DNA of 64,000 nt from Podarcis vaucheri (lineage: Eukaryota): the NCBI GenBank assembly GCA_965113315.1, contig OZ220370.1; one strand, 5' to 3'. The translations under genes were made by a program, and so were the position numbers. Within the stretch, counting starts at the first letter, position 1, and each line of letters begins with the position of its first letter. The notes beneath the pieces were generated by a model, which was given only the letters and a program-made list of their open reading frames with translations, made no database searches and was not told the origin of the DNA. This document shows positions 39,644-53,368 of this stretch, piece by piece.

Positions 39644-40431
39644 CACAAAGATAAACTTCCCATTCTGAATGCTTACAGCTGATTGATATTCTCACCGGCA
39701 AAACCTGCAAGTGAAAATCTGCAACACATACCGAAACAAGATTAAGCAGACAGCAGCAAAGCAAGCCATTTTGCAAAAGAACTTGCTAAATGTTGCCTGC
39801 ATAGGAATCAAGATGAGTATGCACCTCCATTTTTAGCTTACCTCAATTCACAGTACAGCGACAGGCTGCCTGTGAGTGCTTTGGAGCCGCCTTAGAGCAG
39901 GCTTTGGCCTGTCGCTGTACTGTGCACTGGAAACTTGTCTTTCAACTTCATACTCAAATAAAGATCACACTGACATCACAAGCTCTACTGCGTCTGCACT
40001 ACCTCCACTCGTTCCAAATATGACTAACATCAGAATACCCACACATGCCCCCACTGAAAATGAACACACAGTAATAATGCACGATGAGGCTGCATCAAAA
40101 TTCATCAACTGCAAGGAAATGAAGTAAAGAGCAGAAGCTTATATCATGGTTTCAATTGGCTAAATTCAGGTATACAATGAAGGAACAGAACTTTCTCATA
40201 GAATTCATGCGATTTTTAGGAGCTCCATCTATAAACATCAAATTTAACACCAAAATTTCTGCATGCATGAATATATTCCCTTTACTTCAGAAAGACCAGT
40301 GAGTGGGAGTGGTACCAGAACTAATAAATATGGGATTAGTAACATTTGAGGTTTCCTTGTTTTTTCCCCTTATTTGGACATGATCTTTCAAACATGGGCA
40401 GAGTGACCATAGGCAAAGGAATCTCCAGACT

Positions 40432-40566
40432 TATGGGGTAGCCAATATAATGCCATCCATGTAATGTTGGAGTTCAACCCACATCAGTCCCAGTCAGCAT
40501 GGAAAATGGTTAGGGATCAAAGTAGAGTCCAACAAATTATGGAGGGCACCATGTTGGCTATCCTTG
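40432..40566. mobile_element. Old hAT-like MITE (family of the 63472 copy)
   Basis: GGGGTAGCCAATAT ... ATGTTGGCTATCC termini; interior similar to copies at 59644 and 63472. Confidence 0.6.
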
Positions 40567-42489
40567 CCATAGGACTTAGCAACTCCATTTCTCCCCTTCT
40601 CCAATATGTGCCTGTGTGCAGGCAACATAGCAGAGTAGCTTAGGGAATTAGAGGTCTATGTATCGTGGGGTTATGAGATGGGGATACCTGTTCCATATTA
40701 ACTGCATGTTGTGTTACTTACATGCATGCTGGAAGCAGAGGGGCAGGGCAGAATCAGGGCTCTGTTAGGGATTACAGCGATCCCTCCAAGGTTGAGCATT
40801 GCACCTGTACTAGGACACATTGTATTCTCACAATCCTACCCTGATAGAGACTTGAGATAAAATAAGAGAAACTATGTTCAGGATGCTTACATAACTCCCT
40901 TGTTGTTTAGAATACACATCATGGTGTGTATCTCCGGAAGTTCTTTATATGTAATACCTGGAAATGGGGCGATTAAAAAAAAAAACCACCACCCACCGAC
41001 TAACGATCAGGAAAAATGCTTTATTTCTTTATGGGGAGAAACCAATTTAGTTCAAACTCCATGATTAATTTTCTACTGCTTAAGGAAACAGTGTTCAACA
41101 CACAGAGCACTCATACATTTAAACTTAACAGGTGTTAAGTTGTGTTAAGCTAAACCAGGCCAACCGCTTTAGAAAACGATGTAACATCTTATGGAAGCTA
41201 GTTTCTTGAACAGTCAGACCTACTACTGTTGTTGCAGCTGGTAATTAAATTACTGCACCTGACAGCATTGACAGGCCTACAGTCAATGCTTGACACCTCT
41301 AATGTAGTGTACAAGACCAGGAATAGCAAAACTGGTTTCAGAAATTCTAACAGGGCTTCAAGTCTGAGGCACAACTAGGAAGACTGATGAAGTATGACTG
41401 GCTGTTAAAACAGTACTATCTTTAAAAAAGCAATTTTAAAATCAAGTGTAAATGCAATATATTGTACAGTACATCAATGCAATATATTGTGCAAAGGACC
41501 TGGCAAAAATGAATATACTAGCACTGGTTAAATATAGTAGTTGTGTAGGCAAAGATGTCTTTTTTCCCTTTTCATTGCCAGTTGCATCTTTTTACAGAAC
41601 TCTCGTTGTGGTTCATATTAATCTTAAATACAGAAGCAGATAAAATATTCATCCACAGAAATCCTACTTATGGATTGTCAAACACAGTACACCTTCTTCA
41701 TCATCCACATAGATCCCCTTCCCACCACTGCTCATCGGGGCAGGTACTATTTAAAGAAGCTGATTTTGACCTATGGCACTAAATTTTTTATCCTTCCTCC
41801 TTTCAGCCCACAACATTTGCTACATTCCTGCAAGAATGGAAAGGCAAACCAGCTGCTATCCATCTCTGAGAGCTGGCCAAAGTCTGAGCCTGGACATCTT
41901 AGATTTTTAATTTAAGCCGACTTTCTGTTGCTATGATCAAATGTGTATATAGTATAGTTTTCATATGTACTTTAACCCAAGAGACAGGCTGGTTTCAACA
42001 TATGTTTCAAAAACACAGCTTCTAGATAAAACTTTGAGCTTTCATTCTCTTATGAAAGAACACATTTTGTTAGACTGAGAGATTCTTATTCTTTTTAGAA
42101 GAAGGCAGCAGTATTCAAAACCAGATTTGCTTCCACCGAAGCCTGTCCCCAATACACTCCAGGGCTAGAACAGAGCTGGAGTTCCAATAATTAACATACC
42201 ACTTTGCAGACCAATAACAAAGCAGGATAGAAGAACTATGAATCCACATTTTCAGTCTTAACTGTCTAACAATGAGCTCTGGGGAAAGCATCAATTATTA
42301 GATTAGAATCGTTAGGAAATGGTTAGCTTTGGGGGGGGGAGAGAGATAATAAAAAACCAAGTATATCTGACCATTAAAAAGTAGAGTCTTCACCCATACT
42401 CATTACTAGCTAAACGGCTATGCTCACTACGTTTTATCTCAACTTACCACAAAGAATGGAACCACATTACAGCAGGTAACTGCCTAGAA

Positions 42490-42840
42490 CACTTAAAAAG
42501 GAGGTATCTGAACCAATCCGGACCCTGCTATCAGCATCTGGGGCCCCTCTCCATATGCCTCATTGAGAGGGCTGGAGGGCAGCAACACAAGGGCCTTTCC
42601 TGCAGTGGCTCCCCGTTTGTGGAATGCTCTCCCCAGAGAGGCTCACCTTTAGGTGCCAGGTGAAAACGTTTCTCTATAACAAGACTTTTGGTTGACTGAA
42701 CATTTTGTATTGGGAGCTGTTGTTATTGTTTTATTATGTATGTTGTATTCTCATTTTGTATTTTTATGTTGTGAACAATCGCTCACTAATGGAACCCAGT
42801 CAGATGGGTCGGGTACAAATTATTATTATTATTACTATTA
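42490..42840 (+). mobile_element. L2-clade LINE 3' end(s)
   Basis: GGGCCTTT...GTGGCTCCCCGTTTGTGGAATGCTCTCCC (RAF..APRLWNALP-like); ends in (ATT)n. Confidence 0.7.
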
Positions 42841-43810
42841 ATATCTGATTTATTTAAAACATTTTTATCCTACTCTTTGGTAAAAAAAGGCTCTGAGAAC
42901 ACAAATGTCAATCAAACGATTCTTACAATATAAAATACATGGCACAAAAAGGAAAAAGGATTGGGGAGGAGGAAAATGGATAACTTGGCTACTTTGCATT
43001 AGCTACAGAGTTTATGTAGCAATCAGCTGGAATGGAAAGATTTCAGGGAGATGAGAAGCCAAAAGCTGCTGCTCTTTCAGCAGAGCTGATGAAAAGCCCC
43101 TACACTCCCATCTCTCTCCCCCTCCTATAGATTGATGGAATAACTGTGGTTGATAGTTGAGGTAGGAGCCTGATATTTTAAAAATGCAGACACGATTTGC
43201 AACAAAACATGTCTACATACCTATTCAAGTTTGAACAGAACATTTTACTGGCCTCAGTAAAATAAAATAAAAAACAAGGACCAAACATTTTTCTGCAGAA
43301 GTTATGAAAAGGCCTATATGCCACAAATACCAAGATGTCACTCTCATTAAGTATGATTAAAAGGTGTCTGGCACAGAATCCAGTTTTCACAACAGCAGTT
43401 AGCTGTCAAGCCATAGCAATGTGTGGTAGAAAACAACATAACGACAATGATTGTGCTGAGGCTATGAATCCTGCCCTGTAATCAAACTATATACTTCAAA
43501 AGTTGATAATATAGAATAAGACAAAAAAAATATTCTTCTTGCACAGAACTAGACATGTTAAGACTTTTGTATTTAAAATGAAAATTACTGTCCTTATAAA
43601 AGTCTAGTACAACTATGCCACAACTCCAAAAATTTGCTTTTGGAAAGTGTTCAACATATTTTGGATGAAAGAAAGCATAGTGAAAGGAGAAATAAGTTTT
43701 TTTGTGTTTAACTATGAAACTTGAAATAATTTAAAATACTGTACACTAAGTGTTCACACAGATACATTGTTGCAGTCCTATGTATCAATGCATCCATAGT
43801 ATTACGAATA

Positions 43811-44305
43811 CCGTATTTTTCGCTCTATAAGACACACCAGACCATAAGGCGCACCTAGTTTTTGGAGGAGGAAAACAAAACAAAAAATTCTGAATCCCAG
43901 AAGCCAGAACAGCAAGAGGGATCTGGCTTCTGGGATAGCCTCTTGCTGTTCTGGCTTCTGGGATAGCTGCGCGAAGCCTCTTCAGGGCAGCGGGATGAAG
44001 GCTCCCCCTGCGCAGAAGAGGCTGCGAGCGGCTATGAAGCGGCTATGAAGCCCTCTGTCCCTTCCCCCACCTCCCGCAAAAGCCAGCCAAGAGCCGCACT
44101 CCCTTTAAAGAGCGCGTGGAGCGTGTTTGTGGCTCTTGGGCCCTTTTCCCCAAAGAGGGAGAAGGGACTGACGGGTCACGTCATTCCCTTCTCCCTCCTC
44201 GGGGAAAAGCCCCCAAAGAGGGGCTAGGCATGGCTCTTTAAAGAGCATGTGGCCCTTGCTGGCTTTTGCGGGAGGAGGGGGAAGGGACAGAGCCGCTCTC
44301 TCTCA
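43811..44305. mobile_element. Truncated Tc2-like MITE with GC-rich inverted-repeat cargo
   Basis: TA-CCGTATTTTTCGCTCTATAAGAC terminus; internal inverted repeats; no right TIR. Confidence 0.82.
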
Positions 44306-44456
44306 TAAATGATTACTTTCCTTGATATAACCCTGGATAATTACAAAACAACTTTATTGTTTTATAACCTAGAAGAAATATATTGCTTGCAATTTATTTC
44401 TGATGTTTTCATTTCATCATTTTATAACAGACGTCACCTTTAAGTCTAGAAAATAC

Positions 44457-44540
44457 AGTGTGATCCTATACCTATCTATTCAGAAGTAAGCCTTACTGAG
44501 TTCAGTGGGACTTACTTCCAGGTAAGTGGATACAGGATTC
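44457..44540. repeat. ~90-bp imperfect palindromic element
   Basis: ATCCTATAC...AGTAAG..ACTGAGTTCAGT..CTTACT...ATACAGGAT. Confidence 0.7.
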
Positions 44541-44805
44541 CTCCCCAAGTCATACAAAATTATGGGAGTTATTAAGATCTACTATACAAGACTGGCACAA
44601 GGCAAGTCAAAGTGGTTGACTACTGATTCTAGACATTTTGATTAATGTGTATTTCAAGGGGTATTTTTACACCCTTCTTAACCGAGTTGCTGTATTAAAT
44701 CAGAATATGACTAAATCTAAACCACATTTACTTAGGAGTCACTGAATTACTGTTTTGGGATTCCCATGTTCATTAAGCAGAATAGTTATAGCAACTTATG
44801 AGTTA

Positions 44806-44929
44806 AGCAGAGGCTTGACCAACCATATGTCAGGAGTGCTCTGATGGTGTTTCCTGCTTGGCAGGGGATTGGACTCCATGGCCCTTGTGGTCTCTTCCAA
44901 CTCTATGATTCTGTGATTCCATGATTCTA
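44806..44929 (+). mobile_element. CR1 LINE 3' end
   Basis: GGCAGGGGATTGGACT...CTTCCAACTCTATGATTCTGTGATTCCATGATTCTA, ending in the CR1 octamer repeats. Confidence 0.85.
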
Positions 44930-45640
44930 AGTTTACTTGGAAGAATTTTAGTGCAATAAACAAATAAATTAAGGATTAGATGACTCAGTATTATAGACTG
45001 ATGTGTGCTCTTATATTCGCATTTGTACCAGTCTCCAATTATTGGGAGAGACTGACAATAGATAACTTGGCACCACAGAGATGCAGACTTAGCAGCTTTC
45101 ACTGACTGGGGAAGAAGGAAGGGAAGTAGGCCTCTGTACAGGTTCCCCTGTCCACCATCAGACACAGCAAGATAGGGCAGAGGCATGGGCCCAGTTATTT
45201 GAAATTATATTCCCACTAGTGTCAGCGTCTAGGACATGGGGTTCATCAGAGCATTCTAGTGCACACAGGTACTGAAGGCTACAATAATAACTCTCATCCA
45301 ACAGTTCTAACTGTTGATCAGTATGTACAGTACTCGTAGGTCACATATCACTTACCAGCTTTATTTTCTTTTTAAATTCTGTAGTAGTACCTTTATCAGT
45401 ATTTAAATCATTAGTTTTCAAAAACAGCTTCAGGCCTATTGATCACACTGTAATATTTCCTTTTACTAGTGTTTTTTGGGGGGATTCAATTGAACTAAAC
45501 AATATGACTGCAATAAAAAATGCAATTCAACGCACAAACCCCTTGAAGTTGGTTAGTATTCACCAAACCAAAGAAACAGATAGTAAAGAGTATTTGTGGG
45601 ATAAAATGTCCACTATAAAACACTATCATATGCCTAACTA

Positions 45641-45881
45641 CAGTGGTACCTGGTGTTAAGTACTTAATTCGTTCCGGAGGTCCATATTTAACCTGAAACT
45701 GTTCTTAACCTGAAGACCAATTTAGCTAATGGGGCCTCCTGCTGCTGCCGCGCCACCGCAGCACGATTTCTGTTCTCATCCTGAAGCAAAGTTCTTAACC
45801 TGAAGCACTATCTCTGGGTTAGTGGAGTCTGTAACCTGAAGCGTATGTAACCTGAAGAGTATGTAACCCGAGGTACCACTG
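45641..45881. mobile_element. Tc1/mariner (Tigger-like) MITE, copy 4 of 5
   Basis: TIRs and TA TSD; inserted into a ~90-bp palindromic element. Confidence 0.93.
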
Positions 45882-45921
45882 TACTCATAAGGAAGCTCCA
45901 CTAAATTCAGTGAGACTGCTT

Positions 45922-46256
45922 CACAGAGCCTAGGGCTTGCCGATCAGAAGGTCAGCGGTTCAACTCCCTGCGACGGGGTGAGCTCCCATTGCTCGGTCCC
46001 AGTTCCTGCCCACCTAGCAGTTCAAAAGCACGTCAAAGTGCAAGTAGATAAATAGGTACCACTCCGGCGAGAAGGTAAACGGCGTTTCCGTGCGCTGCTC
46101 TGGTTCTCCAGAAGCGGCTTAGTCATGCTGGCCACATGACCCGGAAGCTGTACGCCAGCTCCCTCGGCCAATAAAGCGAGATGAGTGCCGCAACCCCAGA
46201 GTCGGTCACGACTGGACGTTAACAGTCAGGGGTCTCTTTAGCTTTATTTACCTTTA
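45922..46256 (+). mobile_element. Sauria SINE, 5' truncated
   Basis: Matches the 32659 copy from CACAGAGCCTAGG onward; ends TTTACCTTTA. Confidence 0.93.
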
Positions 46257-48299
46257 CTTCCAGAAAAGTACATAGGATTGCAGCCTATATCTTTTGCTTG
46301 AAAATACTGAAACAGTTTGAAATAGTGTCAATACAGATAAAACCATCATGGTGATGGATATTTTAAGCTTATTTTTAAAAAGCACAAAACCAGACACAAT
46401 AACATTCTAGTCCCAACAGCCTAAACTAGTATGCGAAAAGCACCTCCATCTTTAACAGTTGCTAAATAAGTTCTCTTTTACAAGACTTGTGACAAAACAG
46501 ATTTCATTTTCTTTTTTATAGCTACACTAATTCAGAGTTAAGAATCAGCATGCCCCTTCATTTTCTGAGGACTAAACACTCCGGGTGATATTGAAAGGTA
46601 GTTTATACACAGAACAGAGCCACTCTAAGCAATGGACTTATCTTGTAAACTACAATCTATGATAAAACTACAATGAAGCAGAAATCATAAGAATTTACAA
46701 CAGTAGTTGCTTTATGTGTTAGCCAAATATCTAATGAGGCAAGGGTGAATTTTACCAAGTGAAAACACAAAATAAACTGGTTTTACTGTTTTATTTAAGG
46801 CATGATGACTCCTTACACTAATTTTAACTTACAACTTCAATCTGTGGTTACAAGGCAATAAACTGAGATAAACTTGTGTTTGAACAAGTACTATATATTC
46901 ACAATACTGAAATCAGAATGTAGTTTTCTAAATCGCAATGTACAGAGTTATATCACTATGTAGAAAAATGAAAACAGCAATGATAGAACTAAGGCTAAAA
47001 TACAAAGCAGTCAAACACGCATGCTGTGATGCTCTCCCCAACAATGTTCACCTGGTGCCTACTTTGTTACCTCTTCAGTGCCAGACAAAACCCTTTTTAA
47101 TCTCCCTTTTTATCTCCCATAAAATTGTAATTAATTTTTAATCCATGACAGAATAAGTTTAATGCTGGCTTTATTCAACTCTTTAAAAAATATGTTGTTG
47201 TTCCACTGTATTAACTGTATTTTGTTTTTGTGCATCTGTGACACTCCGGGGGGTGTGCGGAGAGAATTCAAAAGATAGGATAAAAATCCCTAAAAGAATG
47301 ACAGCACTGCCTCCACAGCGCTCCACTAACTCCACAGACACCACTGCAGCCAAATGGTCCAGATATAATTAAGGAACCAGGGTAACCCTAAAGTTGCAAA
47401 CCTGAGAAACGATGAAAAACAGCAAGAATGACCTGTGTCCCAAGTGTCTCTGGGATACAGATCTTTCTGCCTTCATATTACAATATAGACATAAATAACT
47501 GTCAGATTCTGCAGCTGTGTCACTATTTCCTCATGATCCCTTGATTGTTTCTATTATCCCCTGAAGCACCTTCCCTGTGCCAGTATGCAATCCAAAACCT
47601 ATCCACTCGTAACTGGTCCTTCTATCTACACCTATGGTTCTTGAGGCAGAAAGATTAGTAAGACCCAAATCATGCCAAATATGAGCAATTTTTGTCTGTT
47701 AAGCAGGACAAGTCAGTAGATTCTGCAAAATGGCTGCACTGATCATCCTCATAGCTCTTGGAAGCAGACAGCACCACACATTTGCATCACCACAAATATA
47801 ACTTCAAGAAGGGCCACTCTTCCATTCTCTAAAATGCCAGCCATGTGGAGCTGCTTACTCGTCTCCTTCCCAACAAGAAGCAAAAGCTAATAAATGTCCT
47901 CTATTGCTTCTCTATAAATTCAGCACATGCAAAATGAGCTTCTCTGTTAGGAATGCTGCAAAAACTAAAAAAGTTTCATGACTCTGCATTTTAGATGTCC
48001 ATCTGTTCTGTAGTGCAAACAGGAAGTTTAATACTAAAAAAAAAAATTGGGGGGGAAGGGGCCCAATGAAAGGTTTTAAGTACACTCTCCATTTCCCTCC
48101 TTTCTTGGGGCAGGGGCAGGAAATGTTTATCTTCAACAATAGGTCACATTCTCCTCACTATTACAGCTATATTGATGCAATGGAAATAACCCAGAACACA
48201 AATTTTAACCGAGGGTATACACTGAGCGAATAACCACAAAATTTACAACTAAACAGACTGCAGCAGTACCCTATGACTTATACTCTGGCAAACTGCCAC

Positions 48300-48560
48300 C
48301 TGCATAAAGCAGCCTGCTAGAAGGATTTGCACTGGCTGCCAATGTGCTACTGGGCCAAGTTCAAGATGTTGGTACTAACATATAAGGCCCTATGCAGCTA
48401 AGAACCAGGTTACTTGAGAGACCACGTAATTCTTTATACACATTGTAGATCACTGTGGTCTGTGACTGTGAGAGTTTCTTCCGCAAGTTCCAAAGATCTT
48501 AGAAGTCCACTCTGTAGTAACTTGGAGCATGGATTTTAGTGTGGCCAGCATCTGCTCTCT
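48300..48560 (+). mobile_element. Decayed L2 fragment
   Basis: TTGCACTGGCTGCCA...CAAGTTCAAGATGTTGGTACTAACATATAAGGCCCTA (LHWLP...FKMLVLTYKAL). Confidence 0.7.
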
Positions 48561-51297
48561 AGGAGCCTGCACATTGGCTCATTTGTGCTGTGTCATAGTT
48601 CAGCATAGCACTGCATGCAAACCAGGCCACAAGCTAGCATTTATTAAGCTACACACCAGTCCGCTCAGTTTTATTTCCAGTTCAGTAATAAAAAAATCTC
48701 AAGAACTGTTATATGTTATCCAATGCCTTAGAAAAAGTCTAAGTAGCAACTTTTTGCAGCAATGCTTGATTCGGCTCTCTCATATCGCTTACACTGTCTT
48801 CTCGTATGCAATGCCAATAACACAACAAGACTTGTTTTTGGGGGGCGGGGGGCATCTTTTCAACATGCGAATTAGTGTTGAAGCTACAATGATACTGGTA
48901 GCTTGTGTCTCACAGATGCAAACACCCACCAACCACTAACCACAAATGGTAGCAAAGTGCTTATTTGCCTTATGTAGCCCAACTGGAAATTTGGGTGGGG
49001 AATTATTTGGGACAGGCATAGTCGAAGTTATTCCTAGCCCCAAATCTGTCACCCTTCATAAAATAAGCTTGCAATTTACTTGAAAGAAAGGAGAAGCAAT
49101 ACAGAAGTTTTTGCTTTGCTGGTCCTCTGCTACAATGTGGCATGACTCTTTGGGATTCAAATAGTGTACTGCTGTGCCTGTTACATAAATTTACTTGAAA
49201 AGGAAGAGTAGCACATTGCCTGAATCTGAAAGCATTTCATTCATTCCACAGGGACATAGCAAGTGAAGCTCTTTGGGGATTAAGGTGACATTTGTGTGCA
49301 CTTCCTTCTAAGCAAGCGTACTTGAGGAGCAACAACGTCACACTGTTGGCAGAAGTAGTGTTCACAAAACTGCAGCAGCAACAGGACCCTTATTCCCCCC
49401 TCCATGAACATGCACACACTGTGTGGTGTGCTGATTAAAAATTACACTTCTAAATAACTGAACTTCACTGCCAGAGGAAGAAGATGCTACAGCTGCATGT
49501 AGGGCTTTGACATCCCTTCTCAGCTTTGCTATGGAACTGATCTCCATGAATCCCCCATTAGCAATCCTTTAGTGGGTCTAACATTTTTATCAATTATTTC
49601 AAGAGATCTACTATGCTGTAATAATAACTTTCTAATATTTTCTGAAAGCAAAGAAGCTGAAGCTCATGCCACTATCAGTACAAGAAGAACAGCCAAGTTT
49701 TGATGCAACTACATGTGAAAAATCATAGCAATAACTGCTTTGTATGCCTCTGTGGCATGGCTGCTACCTTTCACCCATTGCTAGTGTGGAAGTAACTATT
49801 ATCAGCAGCTCAAAACTGAAGTTCTGGACACTGCCACCAAATCTTGGGATTCCAGCCTTGCAGAAACAGCAGGGGTACATACCAAGCCTCGGTGATAGAA
49901 ATAAAAAGGTCAAAATGCATATTTTAAGCTATACAAAGAAACTGCAAGAGACATTCTTGTTTGAACATACCATTTCACTTGCTTGCTAGCCGTAACCTTC
50001 TGGCTGCAACTGAGAAAAATACTGGGCACAAACCAGAGCATCAATACTTACGAATCATCAAATACTTACAAATCTGAACTACAACAATCATTTTAACACA
50101 ACACCAAGTGAGTTAAGTATTTGCATATATTTTTACTACTAGAATAAAAAACAAATGGGACCTATAACAACATGTTGCCAGATGAAGTACACTCGATTCC
50201 ATTCCACCTCCCCTTTTTTTATCTGCCAACCCAACTGTCAGTCAGCACTGCATAGCTACTGAGCATACTCATCATTCCTAGAAGCCCCCCCCCCCCATTT
50301 ACTGTACTTACACAAACTTTACATGCCCAAGTCTGTAAGGAGGTGCCTTTTGTGGGGGGGGGGTAGTGCCATTCCAGTTACATAAGCACTCACAGTCTGA
50401 GCATCAGAAATTGAGAAAATAACAATGCAAAAGCTGTTTCCAGCAGAAGCTTAAAACAGCAAAGTCAGCTGCATCATCACACTGAAGTGTCCTTAGATCT
50501 TTTAACAAGCTGGTAGATAAACAGAGCTAGAAAATTAAATTTTCTGAAAACCAAGACAAATCTACTGGCCTTCATCCAAGAATCAGTGTCATTGTCAGGC
50601 CCTGTATTTAATTAGCACTATTTACTGTCAAGCACTCACTTGGGTAGATCTTTTACCATCCTCAGTAAGGCTTATAGCAAATACTTGGGGGGTTGGGGAA
50701 GGATCTGGCTTCAAATATGCACCAAGTCATCTCTGAAGAGGTAAGAGTTCAGTTGTCCTGTTTGTGGCCACAAAATTAAAATCTTACACGTTCTTCACAA
50801 ATTAAAGTGACATTTCTCTCATCTGCAAATCTGCAACACACCTTCTCTACCTGAACTTAAGATTTAATTTAGAAAAACACTTTTCTATTACACAACTATT
50901 ATTTTAAACTGAAAATCCAGATTTAGAATAAGCAACACTATTTTTTCTAACATTCCTATTCTTTGAATCCATTTCTAGACAAACCACACACTTCCATAAA
51001 GAATACTTAACATGCAAATTATCTGCCATGAAGGTCTGATTTTGAAACCATTTTATTTCATTCAACAAGATATATTAAATTATAACATGTGTCATCCATG
51101 CAGCTGAAGCATAGGGTTGGCACCCAATGCGGCTATTCTACACTCACAAGAGAACTTCCCCCTCCTCTCACTTGCACCCTCTGCATAAATGGAATACATG
51201 ACCATCTACGATTCTGCGATTGTCCTCCTCACCCTGCTTTCACCCTAAGGTCCCAGGGTGAGTTACAACAATTAAAGCACAATCTGCTTTATTATAT

Positions 51298-53368
51298 TTT
51301 TTATAAGATATTTATTAAGATTTTCAAAGTATTACAAAATAAAAATAAAAAAGTAAGAAAATACAAAATAAAAATAGTTAAAAACAACTCATTCTTTCCA
51401 TTACTTATTTTTCATTAGCTTATTTCCCGGACCTCCTCACACCTCCCTTTTTTGTATTCCAGTTCAGTTTGTTGGTTCAGCAAATCCTTACCCTCTTTGT
51501 TTATCCTAGTCTTTAATCTTAAGCTATTGTAACATTAAATTTTTACCTATTAATAATCCATTTTTCATATTCCTTTATAGTATTACAGCTGAAAACCCCT
51601 TAATTTCTATCCAACATCATTCTAACATTCATTAATTTTACAATATTTCTGTAAATAGTCTTTAAATTTCTTCCAATCTTCTTCCACCGACTCTTCTCCC
51701 TGGTCACGGATTCTGCCAGTCATTTCCGCCAGTTCCATGTAGTCCATCACCTTCATCTGCCATTCTTCCAGGGTGGGTAGATCTTGTGTCTTCCAATACT
51801 TTGCAATGAGTATTCTTGCTGCTGTTGTGGCATACATAAAAAAAGTTCTGTCCTTCTTTGGCACCAATTGGCCGACTATGCCCAGGAGAAAGGCCTCTGG
51901 TTTCTTCAAGAAGGTATATTTAAATACCTTTTTCAATTCATTATATATCGTCTCCCAGAAAGCCTTAACACTTGGGCACGTCCACCAAAGGTGAAAGAAT
52001 GTACCTTCAGTTTCTTTACATTTCCAACATTTATTATCGGGCAGATGATAGAGTTTTGCAAGCTTGACTGGGGTCATGTACCACCTGTATGCCATTTTCA
52101 TAATATTCTCTCTTAAGGCATTACATGCCGTAAACTTCATACCTGTGGTCCATAACTGTTCCCAGTCAGCCATCATTATGTTATGTCCAACATCTTGTGC
52201 CCATTTAATCATAGCAGATTTCACCGTTTCGTCCTGAGTATTCCATTTCAACAGCAAGTTATACATCTTTGACAGAATCTTAGTTTTGGGTTCTAACAGT
52301 TCTGTTTCTAATTTTGATTTTTCCACCTGGAAACCAACTTTCTTGTCCGAATTATATGCCTCCATTATCTGATAATAATGAAGCCAATCTTGCACTTTGT
52401 TTTTTAGTTTCTCAAAACTCTGCAATTTCAGTCTATCTCCCTCTTGTTCCAGAATTTCCCAATATTTTGGCCACTTGGCCTCCATATTGAGCTTTTTCTG
52501 TGCTTTTGCTTCCATCGGTGACAGCCACCTTGGGGTTTTGTTTTCCAATAAATCCTTATATCTTATCCAGACATTAAACAATGCTTTCCTGACAATATGA
52601 TTCTTTAATGCTTTATGTGCTTTGACCTTATCATACCACAGATATGCATGCCATCCAAATACGTTGTTAAAACCTTCTAAATCCAAAATGTCTGTATTTT
52701 CAAGAAGCAGCCATTCTTTCAACCAGCAAAAAGTTGCTGATTCATAATAAAGTTTAAAGTCTGGCAGGGCAAATCCACCCCTTTCCTTTGCATCAGTTAA
52801 TATCTTAAATTTTATTCTGGGCTTCTTGCCCTGCCAGACAAATCTAGAAATATCTCTCTGCCACTTCTTGAAGCAATCCATTTTGTCCACAATTTGCAAT
52901 ATTTGAAACAAAAACAGCATTCTAGGCAATACGTTCATTTTTATCGCAGCAATACGACCCAGCAGTGAAAGCTTCAAGTTTGACCAAATTTCTAAATCTT
53001 TTTTCACTTCGGCCCAGCATTTTTCATAGTTGTCTTTAAATAAATTCCCATTTTTTGCTGTCATATTAATCCCCAGGTATTTCACTTTCTTAACCACTGT
53101 CAAACCTGTCTCATTCTGAAACCTCTCTCTCTAGATCGGTGTTAAATTTTTCTCTAAAACCTTAGTTTTTAACTTATTCAGTTTAAATCCTGCAACCTGA
53201 CCAAATTCTTGAATCAGTTCTAAAACCCTTTTAGTACTAGATTCTGGCTCCTGTAATGTCAATACTAAGTCATCCGCAAATGCTCTCAATTTGTACTGTT
53301 TAGCTCCAACTTGTATACCTTTAACCAACTGGTCCCTTCTAATCATATTCAACAAAACCTCCAGGACC
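51298..53368 (-). mobile_element. 5'-truncated L1-clade LINE insertion
   Basis: 21-bp TSD GCACAATCTGCTTTATTATAT (51277-51297 / 53369-53389); ORF2 C-terminal half plus ~320-bp 3' UTR. Confidence 0.93.
51622..53355 (-). CDS. LINE-1-like ORF2p fragment (RT C-terminus to Cys-rich domain), one in-frame stop, no native start
   Basis: ORFs 53131..53355 and 51622..53103 are in the same frame, separated only by TAG at 53133-53131. Motifs: RAFADD, GFKLN..KT, KYLG, GGFALPD, CWKC...HLWWTC. Confidence 0.9.

Noticed and set aside
39677-39704. 28-bp candidate exon (cttgcag|...GCT|gtaagc, minus strand)
   Set aside because: Splice signals only, with no independent support.
42448-42483. 36-bp candidate exon (ttctag|...GTG|gtaagt, minus strand)
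   Set aside because: Weak pyrimidine tract, abuts an L2 remnant, and such site pairs are expected by chance in 64 kb.
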